A stretch of DNA of 63,099 nucleotides, filler included, from a candidate division NPL-UPA2 bacterium Unc8 (GTDB lineage Bacteria > NPL-UPA2), in the NCBI GenBank assembly GCA_003574845.1. It is 4 parts of 4 records of this genome, joined end to end, with 100 filler letters (N's around TTAATTAATTAA, not from the genome) between each part and the next. Parts side by side here need not be neighbours in the genome. Positions count along the whole stretch, not along the records: positions 26,418 to 49,020 come from NDHY01000013.1; positions 49,121 to 61,379 come from NDHY01000018.1; 2 more parts are not named here. The stretch is one strand, 5' to 3'. A program made the position numbers and the translations under genes. Positions 41,368 to 50,921 of the stretch are shown here, in pieces. Every line of letters begins with the position of its first letter. The first letter of the stretch is position 1. The notes under the pieces are model-generated. The model was not told the origin of the DNA. It made no database searches and saw nothing but the letters and a program-made list of their open reading frames with translations.

Positions 41368-42467
41368 TATAGTCTTAAGCTACTCAGTCCAAGAACAACA
41401 AAAATTATTGCTATAATCCAAAATCTGATTATTATTTTGGACTCTGGCCATCCTTTAAGTTCAAAGTGATGATGAAGTGGAGCCACCAAGAACACTCTCT
41501 TTTTTCGCCAGCGGTAGGATACGACCTGTATGATTACGGAAAGTGCTTCCAATACGAATATTCCGCCAATTATTAAGAGAAGAAGCTCCTGCTTGGTAAT
41601 AACGGCAATGATACTAAGCAATCCTCCTAAGGCAAGGGAGCCGGTATTTCCCATAAATATCTGAGCCGGGAATGCATTAAACCAGAGAAACCCAAGTGCT
41701 GCTCCCACCATTGCTACTGAAACAATGGAAAGTTCCCCGGCACCAGAAACACTAACTATCCCAAGGTGCGCACTGAAGACAGCATGTCCCGCGACATAAC
41801 TCACTACTCCATAGCTTAATATCGCGAGGGCAATGCAGCCAATAGCGAGCCCATCAAGTCCATCAGCGAGGTTAACTGCATTGGAAGTAGCTACAATTAC
41901 CAGCGCTACAAAGGGGATGTAGAGAACTCCCAGAGGTAGGAACATACCTCCGGAGAAAGGCAGTGTAAGAGAAGTCCCATGCTCGGGGGAGACGGGATAA
42001 AAATAAAGATAAAATCCAATGGCAAGTCCAAGAGCAACCTGCCAGAAGAGCTTTGCCCTAACCGTAAGTCCGCCGGAGAGGCGACCAGTGAGCTTGAGTG
42101 CATCATCAGCAAACCCCAATATTCCCAGCCAGACAGTTACCAGAAGAGCAAGGTGGACATACCTGTTTGTGAGGTCTCCGAAGAGAATAATGGCAATGAT
42201 AATTGAGGCAAGGATAAAGAGGCCTCCCATTGTAGGAATTTTTCCCTTCTCTTTATGAAGGTCTTGCAAGAGAAGAGGACAATCTTCCTTTTTGACCTTC
42301 TCTAAGACCCTCAGGCGTTGAAGCTTACGGATAAAGAAAGGACCAAGAATAAAACTCAAAGCAAAGGCAGTTATTGCAGCCATAGCCGCTCTGGCGGTGA
42401 TTGCACGGAAGATATTTGCGAGAGGAAATGTCTCAATTAAATATGGGTAAAGATGATAAAACATCAA
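41367..42467 (-). CDS. mraY: Phospho-MurNAc-pentapeptide transferase
   Basis: PTMGG, GFADD, NAVNLADGLDGL, FMGNTGS, APLHHHFE. Confidence 0.97.
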   Translation of the reverse strand: MMFYHLYPYLIETFPLANIFRAITARAAMAAITAFALSFILGPFFIRKLQRLRVLEKVKKEDCPLLLQDLHKEKGKIPTMGGLFILASIIIAIILFGDLTNRYVHLALLVTVWLGILGFADDALKLTGRLSGGLTVRAKLFWQVALGLAIGFYLYFYPVSPEHGTSLTLPFSGGMFLPLGVLYIPFVALVIVATSNAVNLADGLDGLAIGCIALAILSYGVVSYVAGHAVFSAHLGIVSVSGAGELSIVSVAMVGAALGFLWFNAFPAQIFMGNTGSLALGGLLSIIAVITKQELLLLIIGGIFVLEALSVIIQVVSYRWRKKRVFLVAPLHHHFELKGWPESKIIIRFWIIAIIFVVLGLSSLRL

Positions 42468-43794
42468 CGATTTTCTCCATCTGCAGTGCTCGTGAACCCT
42501 TCACAAGGATTAAATCATCCGATTTAATAATTCTTGCTATCTTTTTCTCTGCCTCTTCAGTAGTGCTACAGATAAAAACCTCTTTGCCATGACCGGATGC
42601 CTCCTCAGCAATATGAGCTGCCTCATTTCCAACGGTAACCAATACATCAATCGGAGAAGAAGCAAGAAGTTTTCCTACATTGCGGTGGGCAATATTGCTC
42701 CATACCCCAAGCTCTAACATATCCCCCAGGATAGCTACTCTTCTCCCTCGGGCTGGAACACTGGCAAGAACATTAATTGCTATCTTCATTGATTCTGGAT
42801 TAGCATTATAGGCATCGTTAATAATTTTCAGGGTGCCTTTTGAGAGAATCTCCATCCGCATCGGAGAGGGACGAAACTTTTCTATCCCTCTTTTAATTTC
42901 TTCAAGGCTCATTCCAAAAACGGTGGCAGCAGCAGCAGCAGCAAGAGCATTATAAGGATTCCCATGGCCGGGGACCGAAAGCTTAATTTCAACGGCATCA
43001 TTAAGTATGAAGGAAGTTGCCCATCCTGAATCTTTAGTTATTTTTCCTTGAAAATCAGCCCGTTCTTTTATCCCAAAGGTAACTACTTTTCCTTTCGCTT
43101 TCCGAAAAAATAAATCCTTTTTTGCATCGTCAACATTAACAATTGAAATGCCATCCTCTCCCATAGTCTCAAGCAACTCACCACGCGAGGAGGCAATTTC
43201 ATCAAAAGAATTAAAAAATCTTAGGTGCGCATGACCCGTATTGGTAATTATTCCTGCTGTTGGACGAGAAAGAGCCGCAAGACGGGAAATTCCTCCCCGA
43301 TTATTCATCTCTATTTCCATTACCGCTATCTGATGTTCGCCAGAAAGACGCAAAAGTGTCAACGGAACCCCAATCTCGTTGTTAAAGCTCTTCTCAGATG
43401 AGAGAACTTTCATTCTTTGAGAGAAAATCCTGCTTAATATATCTTTAGTTGTCGTCTTCCCATTTGAGCCGGCAATTGCCACAATCGGGATTTCAAACTT
43501 TCTCCGATGGAAATGCGCAATATCCTGCAGCGCTTTAACAGTATCGCCAACATAGATAATTGATTCTTTACCCTTAACTTTTATCTTTCTGGAAATAACT
43601 ATCCCAACTGCTCCTTTGCGAAGCGCCTCAGCTATAAAATTGTGCCCGTCATACCGCTCTCCTTTAATGGCAAGGAAAATATCTCCTTTTTCAATGGTCC
43701 TGGAATCAATGGAGAGCTCTCCAATCCTTGCTGTGGGATTTCCCTGAAGTAAAACACCTCCACTTGCTTTAAGAATATCTTCAACCGTTAGCAT
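42433..43794 (-). CDS. murF: MurF ligase
   Basis: IDSR, GSNGKTTTK, NNEIGVP, DAYNANP, LGDMLELG, VKGSR. Confidence 0.97.
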   Translation of the reverse strand: MLTVEDILKASGGVLLQGNPTARIGELSIDSRTIEKGDIFLAIKGERYDGHNFIAEALRKGAVGIVISRKIKVKGKESIIYVGDTVKALQDIAHFHRRKFEIPIVAIAGSNGKTTTKDILSRIFSQRMKVLSSEKSFNNEIGVPLTLLRLSGEHQIAVMEIEMNNRGGISRLAALSRPTAGIITNTGHAHLRFFNSFDEIASSRGELLETMGEDGISIVNVDDAKKDLFFRKAKGKVVTFGIKERADFQGKITKDSGWATSFILNDAVEIKLSVPGHGNPYNALAAAAAATVFGMSLEEIKRGIEKFRPSPMRMEILSKGTLKIINDAYNANPESMKIAINVLASVPARGRRVAILGDMLELGVWSNIAHRNVGKLLASSPIDVLVTVGNEAAHIAEEASGHGKEVFICSTTEEAEKKIARIIKSDDLILVKGSRALQMEKIVDVLSSLPIFN

Positions 43795-45265
43795 TTTTAT
43801 CCCTTAACAACCGACGCACCACATCGCAATCATTAAAAGCAACAACTCTATCGCCAAAGACCTGATAGTCCTCATGCCCCTTACCGGCAATAATTACCAT
43901 ATCGCCGCCTTTAGCACGGGAGAGCCCCTCTTTAATTGCGAAAAGCCTATCAATAACCACGCTGTATCTCCGCCTCCTAAAACCAGATTTAATATCTTCT
44001 ATGATTTGCATTGGGTCCTCGCCATAAGGATTGTCCGATGTAATAATAGAGTAACTCCCATAACGGGAAGCAATTCTTCCCATTAATGACCTCTTCCCTC
44101 TGTCCCGCTCTCCGGCAGCTCCAAAGACAATGATAATACTTCCTTTCGTCATTCTCCCCGCCATCTGAAGAAGAGAAAGGAATGCCTGCGGAGTATGGGC
44201 AAAATCAACCATCACTTTAAAATCCTGTCCTTCATCAATAATCTGAAATCTTCCTGGAACCGGCTCTGCCCTCCGAAGAGCATCGCAAATCAGTTCAATA
44301 TTCAGCCCTTCTTCTATTCCAACTCCAATTGCCGCAAGAGCATTATACATATTTACTTTGCCAATTAACTTCATCTGAACATCACAGGATGCTGTCGGAG
44401 TGTCAACATGAAATGAGAGTCCGGAAAGAGTAGAATTTATCTTAGAGGCTCTAATGTGAGCGCCCCTTTTTGTTCCATAGGTCATTACTCTGGCGCTGGT
44501 CTGCAGCTTTAGGCGGCGTCCGTAGCGGTCGTCAATATTTATCAATGCTAATTTGTCCTTTTCAAGCGAGCGAATAAGTCTGAGCTCTGCCTCAAGATAG
44601 GAAGAAAGTGTTTTATGGTAGTCAAGGTGGTCGCGGCCAAAGTTGGTAAATATACCTGTATCAAAATTAGTTGCCCATATCCGATGCTGACTGACAGCAT
44701 GAGAGGACACTTCAAGAACGGCATATTTACAATTTATTGCAACCATCTCGGAGAGCATCCGCTGCAGATCCAGAGACTCGGGAGAAGTAAGTCCTGCCGG
44801 AAGCACTCTTTCCCCCCAGCGGTAGTTAATTGTTCCAATAACGCCTACTCCAAAACCTGCCCCTTTAAGAACTGATTCAATAAGATAGGTTGTGGTTGTT
44901 TTTCCATCAGTCCCCCCAACTCCGATTACTTTCAATTTAAGAGAGGGGTTTTGGTAAAAATTGGCGCTTATTTGAGCAAGAGCAATTCTTGCATTTGAAA
45001 CAATAATGCGTGCAATCTCCGCTCTACTCTCTACTTCTTCCTCTCCCAATATTGCCACGGCTCCTTTCTGAACAGCTTCATAATTGAACTCATGGCCATC
45101 TAATTTTTCTCCTCGCACACAGATAAATAGATATCCTTTTTCCACTTTGCGCGAATCATAGGCAATTCCTGAAATATCTATTTCCTGATTTCCATGAATT
45201 AACTTTATTTCTACACTTTTTAGCAGCTCTTTTAGTTTTATAATTCTTTTATTATTTTCCTGCAT
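43781..45265 (-). CDS. murE: MurE ligase
   Basis: YDSR, GTDGKTTT, EVSSH, DHLDYH, VDFAHTP, DNPY, AGKGHE. Confidence 0.97.
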   Translation of the reverse strand: MQENNKRIIKLKELLKSVEIKLIHGNQEIDISGIAYDSRKVEKGYLFICVRGEKLDGHEFNYEAVQKGAVAILGEEEVESRAEIARIIVSNARIALAQISANFYQNPSLKLKVIGVGGTDGKTTTTYLIESVLKGAGFGVGVIGTINYRWGERVLPAGLTSPESLDLQRMLSEMVAINCKYAVLEVSSHAVSQHRIWATNFDTGIFTNFGRDHLDYHKTLSSYLEAELRLIRSLEKDKLALINIDDRYGRRLKLQTSARVMTYGTKRGAHIRASKINSTLSGLSFHVDTPTASCDVQMKLIGKVNMYNALAAIGVGIEEGLNIELICDALRRAEPVPGRFQIIDEGQDFKVMVDFAHTPQAFLSLLQMAGRMTKGSIIIVFGAAGERDRGKRSLMGRIASRYGSYSIITSDNPYGEDPMQIIEDIKSGFRRRRYSVVIDRLFAIKEGLSRAKGGDMVIIAGKGHEDYQVFGDRVVAFNDCDVVRRLLRDKNANG

Positions 45266-46940
45266 TCATCTTTCCTGTTACTCTTAAATAAGACATTGTT
45301 TGCTCGGCTACTCTCTGAAAGAGCTCAGCTGCCACAACTCCACTGCGGCGATCATATTGTGGCTCATCAATGACAACGACAATAGCAACCTCAGGGCGCT
45401 CAGCAGGAAGATATCCAATAAAAAGAAGAGTAAAGTGGGTATCTGAAAATCTTCCATCAATAAACTTCTGCGCAGTTCCTGTTTTACCTGCCACCTGATA
45501 GCCGCTAACCGCTGCTCTTCTTGCTGTTCCCCGTTCAACAACATCAACCATAATATTAGTGAGCTGGTCGGCAGTACCTGCTGAAATTATCCTTTTTGAA
45601 GAAGAGCTGAATTTCTTTATTGGATATCCTTCGTCGTCAACGACAGAGATAGCAAGACGCGGCCTGATAAGAACTCCCCCATTGGCAATAGCAGAGGTAG
45701 CTGCAGCTAATTGAACGGAAGTAACGCCAATCCCCTGTCCAAATGAAATCGTACCCATACAAATTTCTGACCATTTAAGAGAAGAACGCAGTATTCCTCT
45801 TATCTCCCCCGGAAAGTCTACTCCTGTGAGAGAGCCGAAACCAAATAAGCGAATATAACGATAAAGTGTCTCTCTCCCTAACGTCCTGGCAATTTTTGCA
45901 GCACCAATATTGCTTGATACTTCAACTACCTCGCTGAAAGTAAGCCACCCGCGAGGATTCACATCACTGATTATGTGACTACCAAATTGATAAAAACCAT
46001 GCTCAACAAATATTTTGTCATTGGGATTATATGCTCCTTCTTCCAGGGCTGCCGCCGCTGTGAACACCTTAAAAGTAGAGCCAGGTTCAAATAAATCTGT
46101 AATTGCCCGATTTCTGCGCTTTTGTGGCTGATAAGCATGGAACTGATTCGGGTCAAAGAAAGGGTAATTTGCCATAGCCAGTATCTCCCCGCTAAACGGG
46201 TCAATAACTATAATGGAGCCGGCACGGGCGCCATATCTCTGTATGGTTGCATTTAGCTCTCTTTCAACAATGTGCTGAACAACTACATCTATTGTCAAGA
46301 TTAGGTGATGACCACGTGACGGAGAAAGATTTTCTGCAAAAAATGGGATTATCTCTCTGCCACGACCATCAACTGTAAGGTAGTGCCATCCACTCTCTCC
46401 TCGCAGGTATCGGTCATAATAAAATTCTCCCCCCTCTAATCCAACTTCATCAATATTAACAAATCCTAAAATATGAGAAGCTAACTCTCTGTGTGGGTAG
46501 AATCGCTTTGCTTCTTTAAGATATCCAACCCCCTTAAGGTTTAGCTCTCTTACCTTCTCTCCTTTTCCACTATCCATCCCCCTCGCCAGCCAGACAAATG
46601 GCTGATTAGACCTCAGCATCCTGCGAATTTCATCCGGAGGAATTCCAAGAAGCGGCGAGAGCTTTGCAGATGTTTCTGCTACACACTCAATCTGCCACGG
46701 ATGGGCATAAATAGAATCAACGGAGACATTAAGAGCTAATAGCTTTCCTCTCCTATCGGAGATGGTTCCACGCCCAGGGGAAAGAGCTACTTTGCTATTA
46801 TGCTGCCTTTGTGCTTTATCATAAAGAACAGAAGCTCTGATAATTTGAATCTGGTAGAGCTGATACAGGAGACCGGTAAAAACTGAGACAACAAAGGAAA
46901 GAACAATAATTGTCCGAAAGCGGTGCCACTTCGTAATCAC
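45252..46940 (-). CDS. ftsI: Class B penicillin-binding protein FtsI
   Basis: RGTISDR, EPGSTFK (SxxK), SSN (SxN), KTGTAQ. Confidence 0.95.
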   Translation of the reverse strand: MITKWHRFRTIIVLSFVVSVFTGLLYQLYQIQIIRASVLYDKAQRQHNSKVALSPGRGTISDRRGKLLALNVSVDSIYAHPWQIECVAETSAKLSPLLGIPPDEIRRMLRSNQPFVWLARGMDSGKGEKVRELNLKGVGYLKEAKRFYPHRELASHILGFVNIDEVGLEGGEFYYDRYLRGESGWHYLTVDGRGREIIPFFAENLSPSRGHHLILTIDVVVQHIVERELNATIQRYGARAGSIIVIDPFSGEILAMANYPFFDPNQFHAYQPQKRRNRAITDLFEPGSTFKVFTAAAALEEGAYNPNDKIFVEHGFYQFGSHIISDVNPRGWLTFSEVVEVSSNIGAAKIARTLGRETLYRYIRLFGFGSLTGVDFPGEIRGILRSSLKWSEICMGTISFGQGIGVTSVQLAAATSAIANGGVLIRPRLAISVVDDEGYPIKKFSSSSKRIISAGTADQLTNIMVDVVERGTARRAAVSGYQVAGKTGTAQKFIDGRFSDTHFTLLFIGYLPAERPEVAIVVVIDEPQYDRRSGVVAAELFQRVAEQTMSYLRVTGKMNAGK

Positions 46941-46950
46941 TGTTACTCCT

Positions 46951-47241
46951 TTAAGGCCTGTTTATTTCTCTAACAGGCTCTCTACTGCGAACAAGCTCCA
47001 ATTCCCGGAGGGCAATCTTCTCAATACGGTCAGGAGAACGCAAACGAGAAGACTCTAAAAAAAGAGCGCTCTCCTCCTCCCTTAGCTCAGCTTGTTGCTG
47101 CATCATTTCCCTGAGTAGATATCTAACTCTAAGCAGTTCTGTTCTCTGCCACAAATAAAATAGAGTCATAGAAACTAAAACTGCTATAATTGTCAGGTGC
47201 TTCCATACAAGCAGGCTTTTCTTCTTTCTTTTCTTTCTCAT
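46951..47241 (-). CDS. ftsL: Cell division protein FtsL
   Basis: Basic N-tail, TM, coiled coil, SPDRIEKIA; position between rsmH and ftsI. Confidence 0.85.
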   Translation of the reverse strand: MRKKRKKKSLLVWKHLTIIAVLVSMTLFYLWQRTELLRVRYLLREMMQQQAELREEESALFLESSRLRSPDRIEKIALRELELVRSREPVREINRP

Positions 47242-48158
47242 AGCCGCTCTACTATTCGCAACTTTGCTCCACGAGAACGAGGATTCCTAACTACCTCCTC
47301 TCTGGACGGACGGATAAGAGAAGAGAGGATTTTTACTATTTTTTCCTCACTCCCACAGCAACATACTGGAAAGGATGAAGGGCAATGGCATGAACGCGCC
47401 CACCCCAAAAAGGTGTGCTTGACAATGCGGTCTTCAAGAGAGTGATAAGAAATAACAACAAAGCGACCACCGGATTTAAGGAATTTGAGCCCGCTTTCCA
47501 GTCCACCTTGCAACAGCTCAAGTTCATTATTGACGGCAATTCTCAGTGCCTGGAATGTCTTTGTTGCAGGATGAGTTCTTCTTTTCCTTAAAGGGATAAC
47601 CCCAGAAATTATCCTGGCAAGTTGCGTGGTGGTTTCAATCTTTCTCTTTTTTCTATATTTTACTATAGCCTTAACAATCAAGCCGGCAAGTCTCTCTTCA
47701 CCAAACTTTCGCAAAATGCTCGCTAACTCTCGCGAGGAAAAATTATTTACAAGATGAGATGCCGTAACCGAACTTCCTTCCTGCATCCGCATGTCAAGAG
47801 GCCCTTCAAGTCTAAAGCTAAATCCCCGTTTCGGGTTACTCAGCTGGGAAGAGGAAACGCCGAGGTCAAGCAAAAATCCATCCACTTTTTCAATCCCCAG
47901 CTTCGGTAAAATACTTTCTACCTTCCTAAAATTACCATGAACAAGGGTAAGGATATCCTTATATTTTTTTAGTCTTTGCCCGGCACATCTAATTGCACTT
48001 GCATCCCGGTCAATCCCTATCAATCTTCCTCCTGAACCAAGCTGTCGGAGAATTGCTTCAGCGTGTCCTCCATCCCCAACAGTGCCATCAACATAGATGC
48101 CATCTTTTTTCAAATTAAGCAGCTTGACTATCTCATTAACCAATACTGGAACATGCAT
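47238..48158 (-). CDS. rsmH: 16S rRNA m4C1402 methyltransferase
   Basis: HVPVL, DGTVGDGGH, DLGVSS, LDMRM, FQALRIAVN, ISYHSLEDR, NPRSRGAKLR. Confidence 0.98.
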   Translation of the reverse strand: MHVPVLVNEIVKLLNLKKDGIYVDGTVGDGGHAEAILRQLGSGGRLIGIDRDASAIRCAGQRLKKYKDILTLVHGNFRKVESILPKLGIEKVDGFLLDLGVSSSQLSNPKRGFSFRLEGPLDMRMQEGSSVTASHLVNNFSSRELASILRKFGEERLAGLIVKAIVKYRKKRKIETTTQLARIISGVIPLRKRRTHPATKTFQALRIAVNNELELLQGGLESGLKFLKSGGRFVVISYHSLEDRIVKHTFLGWARSCHCPSSFPVCCCGSEEKIVKILSSLIRPSREEVVRNPRSRGAKLRIVERL

Positions 48159-48179
48159 TGTTTCAGTGCACCTAATGTT

Positions 48180-48623
48180 TTAGTCTATCTTGAGTTCCAG
48201 CCTTTCAGCCATCTCTTCAAATGTTTTCTCGTGTTCCTCCCGATACTTGCTCCAGGAGGTTGTATCCCATATTTCAAAGCGGGAGGAGGTGCCAATGATA
48301 GTTACTTCCTTTGTAATGCCAGCATAAGCAAGCAAGTTTTCCGAAACATTGATTCTCCCCTGTCGGTCGCAAGAGCAAAAATTTGCTCCACTATAAAATA
48401 GGCGACTGACAGTGCGAGAGTTAATTTTGTGAGGGGAGAAAGATTTCAGGTTTTGCTCATATTCCCGCCACTCATCAGGCGGAAAAACAAAAAGACACTT
48501 TTCATAACCTCTGGTTACAACAAGTGCCTCAATGCCTTTTTCCTTAAGCAGACTACGGAATTTTGCCGGGATAGTAAGTCTTCCTTTTTTATCTACTGCA
48601 TGCTTATATTCTCCATAAAACAT
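48180..48623 (-). CDS. mraZ: Division/cell wall transcriptional repressor MraZ
   Basis: MFYGEY, DKKGRL, DRQGRI, FEIWD. Confidence 0.97.
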   Translation of the reverse strand: MFYGEYKHAVDKKGRLTIPAKFRSLLKEKGIEALVVTRGYEKCLFVFPPDEWREYEQNLKSFSPHKINSRTVSRLFYSGANFCSCDRQGRINVSENLLAYAGITKEVTIIGTSSRFEIWDTTSWSKYREEHEKTFEEMAERLELKID

Positions 48624-48650
48624 AAGTTAATCCCAGATTACTATCCTTCT

Positions 48651-48710
48651 ACCACTTTCACCCACTTTCACCCATAATGTAGATGTACCACGCCATTCAA
48701 ATCCTGTCAA
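48651..48710 (-). promoter_or_regulatory. dcw promoter and MraZ-binding direct repeats
   Basis: Minus strand TTGACA-17 nt-TACATC, followed by ATGGG/GTGGG/GTGGT boxes at 10-nt period. Confidence 0.75.
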
Positions 48711-48775
48711 GTTTTTTAATTCTTTTTCTTTTTGTATTGATTCTTTTTCTCTTTATCGTCTAAAACAAAGAGAGA

Positions 48776-48838
48776 AGTAGCGGTGCGATCCCGATTTGCA
48801 TCGGGGCATGCTTATCGCACATTGTTTCTGAAGGCTGA
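48776..48838 (+). repeat. 63-bp dispersed palindromic repeat, copy 1
   Basis: AGTAGCGGTGCGATCCCGATTTGCATCGGGGCATGCTTATCGCACATTGTTTCTGAAGGCTGA; one mismatch to 58423-58485. Confidence 0.9.
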
Positions 48839-48966
48839 TAGCTGATAGCTATTTAGTAGAGAGTAGAGAGAGAAGAAATTGGAAATTAGAAATTGGTGTT
48901 CTGATGCACTGGTGCACTATTTTGAAAAGGGTTCAAGGGTTCAAGAGTTCACGGTTCACGGAAATA

Positions 48967-49020
48967 TGGTCCATCCCCACGCGTGTGGGGAACTCAGCAT
49001 ATTGATGCTTCCAAGGATAG
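48967..49020 (-). CRISPR. Single type I-E-like repeat plus partial spacer at contig end (probable trailer end of an array)
   Basis: Minus strand GAGTTCCCCACACGCGTGGGGATGGACCA (29 nt, 48967-48995), CCCCAC/GTGGGG hairpin; 25 nt of unique sequence, then the gap; no cas genes in window. Confidence 0.65.
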
Positions 49021-49120
49021 NNNNNNNNNNNNNNNNNNNNNNNNNNNNNNNNNNNNNNNNNNNNTTAATTAATTAANNNNNNNNNNNNNNNNNNNNNNNN
49101 NNNNNNNNNNNNNNNNNNNN
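49021..49120. other. Artificial contig linker / assembly gap
   Basis: N run with TTAATTAATTAA. Confidence 0.97.
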
Positions 49121-49170
49121 TAGGACATTTCTATTTTGTTATAAGAGGACATTATCATTTTGCTACAACA
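49121..49170 (-). mobile_element. Terminal repeat of an insertion sequence (TGT end; IS1202/ISNCY-like)
   Basis: Minus strand TGT-N5-CAAA-N5-AATGTCCT with an internal second copy; same pattern at 61340; both abut gaps. Confidence 0.6.
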
Positions 49171-49433
49171 GAAAAAAATACTGAATATCTTGAAGTTTCA
49201 GCAGTAAGCGGCACCCAATAGACAAGGAGAGGAAGAGCAGTATAACCTTTTACCGTCGGTAAGAGAGTTGCCAATGGCTTTATTATCAGATGAGGGAGGA
49301 GAGCATAATAATAGTAGAAGACAACAAAGCAAATATTACCATTACCAGCGGGAGTGAGAGAAAGATTAAATGTTTGATTTTTTTATGAAGTTATGTTATA
49401 AATAATTAGTTATGCTATCTCTATTCAAGGCAA

Positions 49434-50900
49434 GTGAGGGAAGATACATTGGTTTCAAATGAGCAATGTCGGATTACAGTAGCGCGGGGTGATGGCATTG
49501 GGCCTGAAATTATGGAGGCTGCTTTGCACATCCTCACTGAAGCAGGCGCGCGCATTCGTCCTGAATTTATTGAAATAGGAGAAAGGGTTTACTCCTCAGG
49601 CCATACTTCCGGAATCACTCCGGAATCATGGGCAATATTGCGCCGCAATAAGATTTTTTTCAAAGCACCGATCACTACGCCGCAGGGAGGAGGGTTTAAA
49701 AGCCTCAATGTAACAGTGCGTAAGACATTAGGTCTTTATGCTAACGTGCGTCCTGCAGTTTCTTATCATCCTTTTATTAAAAATAAACATTCGAATATGA
49801 ACATCATCATCGTGCGCGAAAATGAGGAGGACCTCTATGCTGGAATTGAACATCGCCAGACCAACCAGGTCTATCAGTGTCTCAAGCTTATCACTCGCCC
49901 TGGCTGTGAGAAGATTATCCGCTTTGCCTTTGAGCATGCCCGCCGATATGGCAGAAAGAAAGTAAGCTGCTTCACCAAAGACAACATTATGAAGCTTACA
50001 GATGGGCTTTTTCATAAGGTCTTTAATGAAATTGGTGAGCTTTACTCTGATATTGAAAAAGAGCACTGGATTGTAGACATTGGCATTGCCAAGCTCGCTG
50101 ACACGCCGGAGATGTTTGATGTCCTCGTAATGCCCAATCTTTATGGTGATATCGCCTCGGATATGGCAGCTCAGATTGCCGGCAGCGTTGGTTTATCAGG
50201 CTCAGCAAACATTGGAACGGAATGCGCAATGTTTGAAGCAATTCACGGCAGTGCTCCCCGCAGGGCAGGCAAAGGCATTGCCAATCCATCCGGGCTTATT
50301 CACGCAGCAATTCTTATGCTACTTCATATTGGACAAAACGCAGTAGCGGAACGAATTCACAATGCCTGGCTAAAAACAATTGAAGATGGAATTTATACCT
50401 ATGATATTGCTAAGGGGCAAGCCTCTGTGGGAACGATGGAATTTGCTTATAAGATAGTAGAGCGACTTGGCGAAAAACCGACTACGCTTAAGCCGGTTAG
50501 CTATCCACAATCTATAACTCCAATTACTATCAGTACCTCCGTAGAAATAACAATTAGGGAAAAACAGCAACTTATCGGCACTGATGTATTTATCAGAAAT
50601 GATACAATAAGCGCAAGTGAATTAGGACAACAACTAACACAAGCTGTCAAACCTGAATTTCAGCTTATTATGATTACTAACCGGGGAATAAAAGTTTACC
50701 CGGGCGGATTCCCGGAAACTTTTTGCACTGACCACTGGCGATGCAGATTTCAAATGGCAGATGAGACCTCAAAGTGCACTCCTCAGGCAATTCGCAATTT
50801 ATTAGAATTGATTGAAGGGGCAGGACTCTTCTGGATTAAGCTGGAAAATCTTTATACATTTGATGGTAAACCAGGTTTTTCACTTGGCCAGGGACAATAA
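49434..50900 (+). CDS. icd: NADP-dependent isocitrate dehydrogenase with C-terminal extension
   Basis: GDGIGPEI, KAPITTP, KSLNVTVRK, RENEEDLYAG, KDNIMK, NLYGD, FEAIHGSAP, FCTDHWRCRF; start may be TTG 49449. Confidence 0.95.
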   Translation: MREDTLVSNEQCRITVARGDGIGPEIMEAALHILTEAGARIRPEFIEIGERVYSSGHTSGITPESWAILRRNKIFFKAPITTPQGGGFKSLNVTVRKTLGLYANVRPAVSYHPFIKNKHSNMNIIIVRENEEDLYAGIEHRQTNQVYQCLKLITRPGCEKIIRFAFEHARRYGRKKVSCFTKDNIMKLTDGLFHKVFNEIGELYSDIEKEHWIVDIGIAKLADTPEMFDVLVMPNLYGDIASDMAAQIAGSVGLSGSANIGTECAMFEAIHGSAPRRAGKGIANPSGLIHAAILMLLHIGQNAVAERIHNAWLKTIEDGIYTYDIAKGQASVGTMEFAYKIVERLGEKPTTLKPVSYPQSITPITISTSVEITIREKQQLIGTDVFIRNDTISASELGQQLTQAVKPEFQLIMITNRGIKVYPGGFPETFCTDHWRCRFQMADETSKCTPQAIRNLLELIEGAGLFWIKLENLYTFDGKPGFSLGQGQ

Positions 50901-50921
50901 TCAAGAATTAATCAGGAAAAT

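Noticed and set aside
47350-47395. Cys-rich CHCPSSFPVCCCG insert in RsmH
   Set aside because: A CxCP..PxCxC insert is common in RsmH of many phyla.
48879-49076. ORFs running into N gaps (also 26145-26369)
   Set aside because: Read through repeats, tRNA or CRISPR sequence and Ns; artefacts.
49171-49380. Possible degraded membrane-protein gene next to the IS end (minus strand)
   Set aside because: Only a short hydrophobic frame interrupted by a stop; cannot be supported without a homology search.
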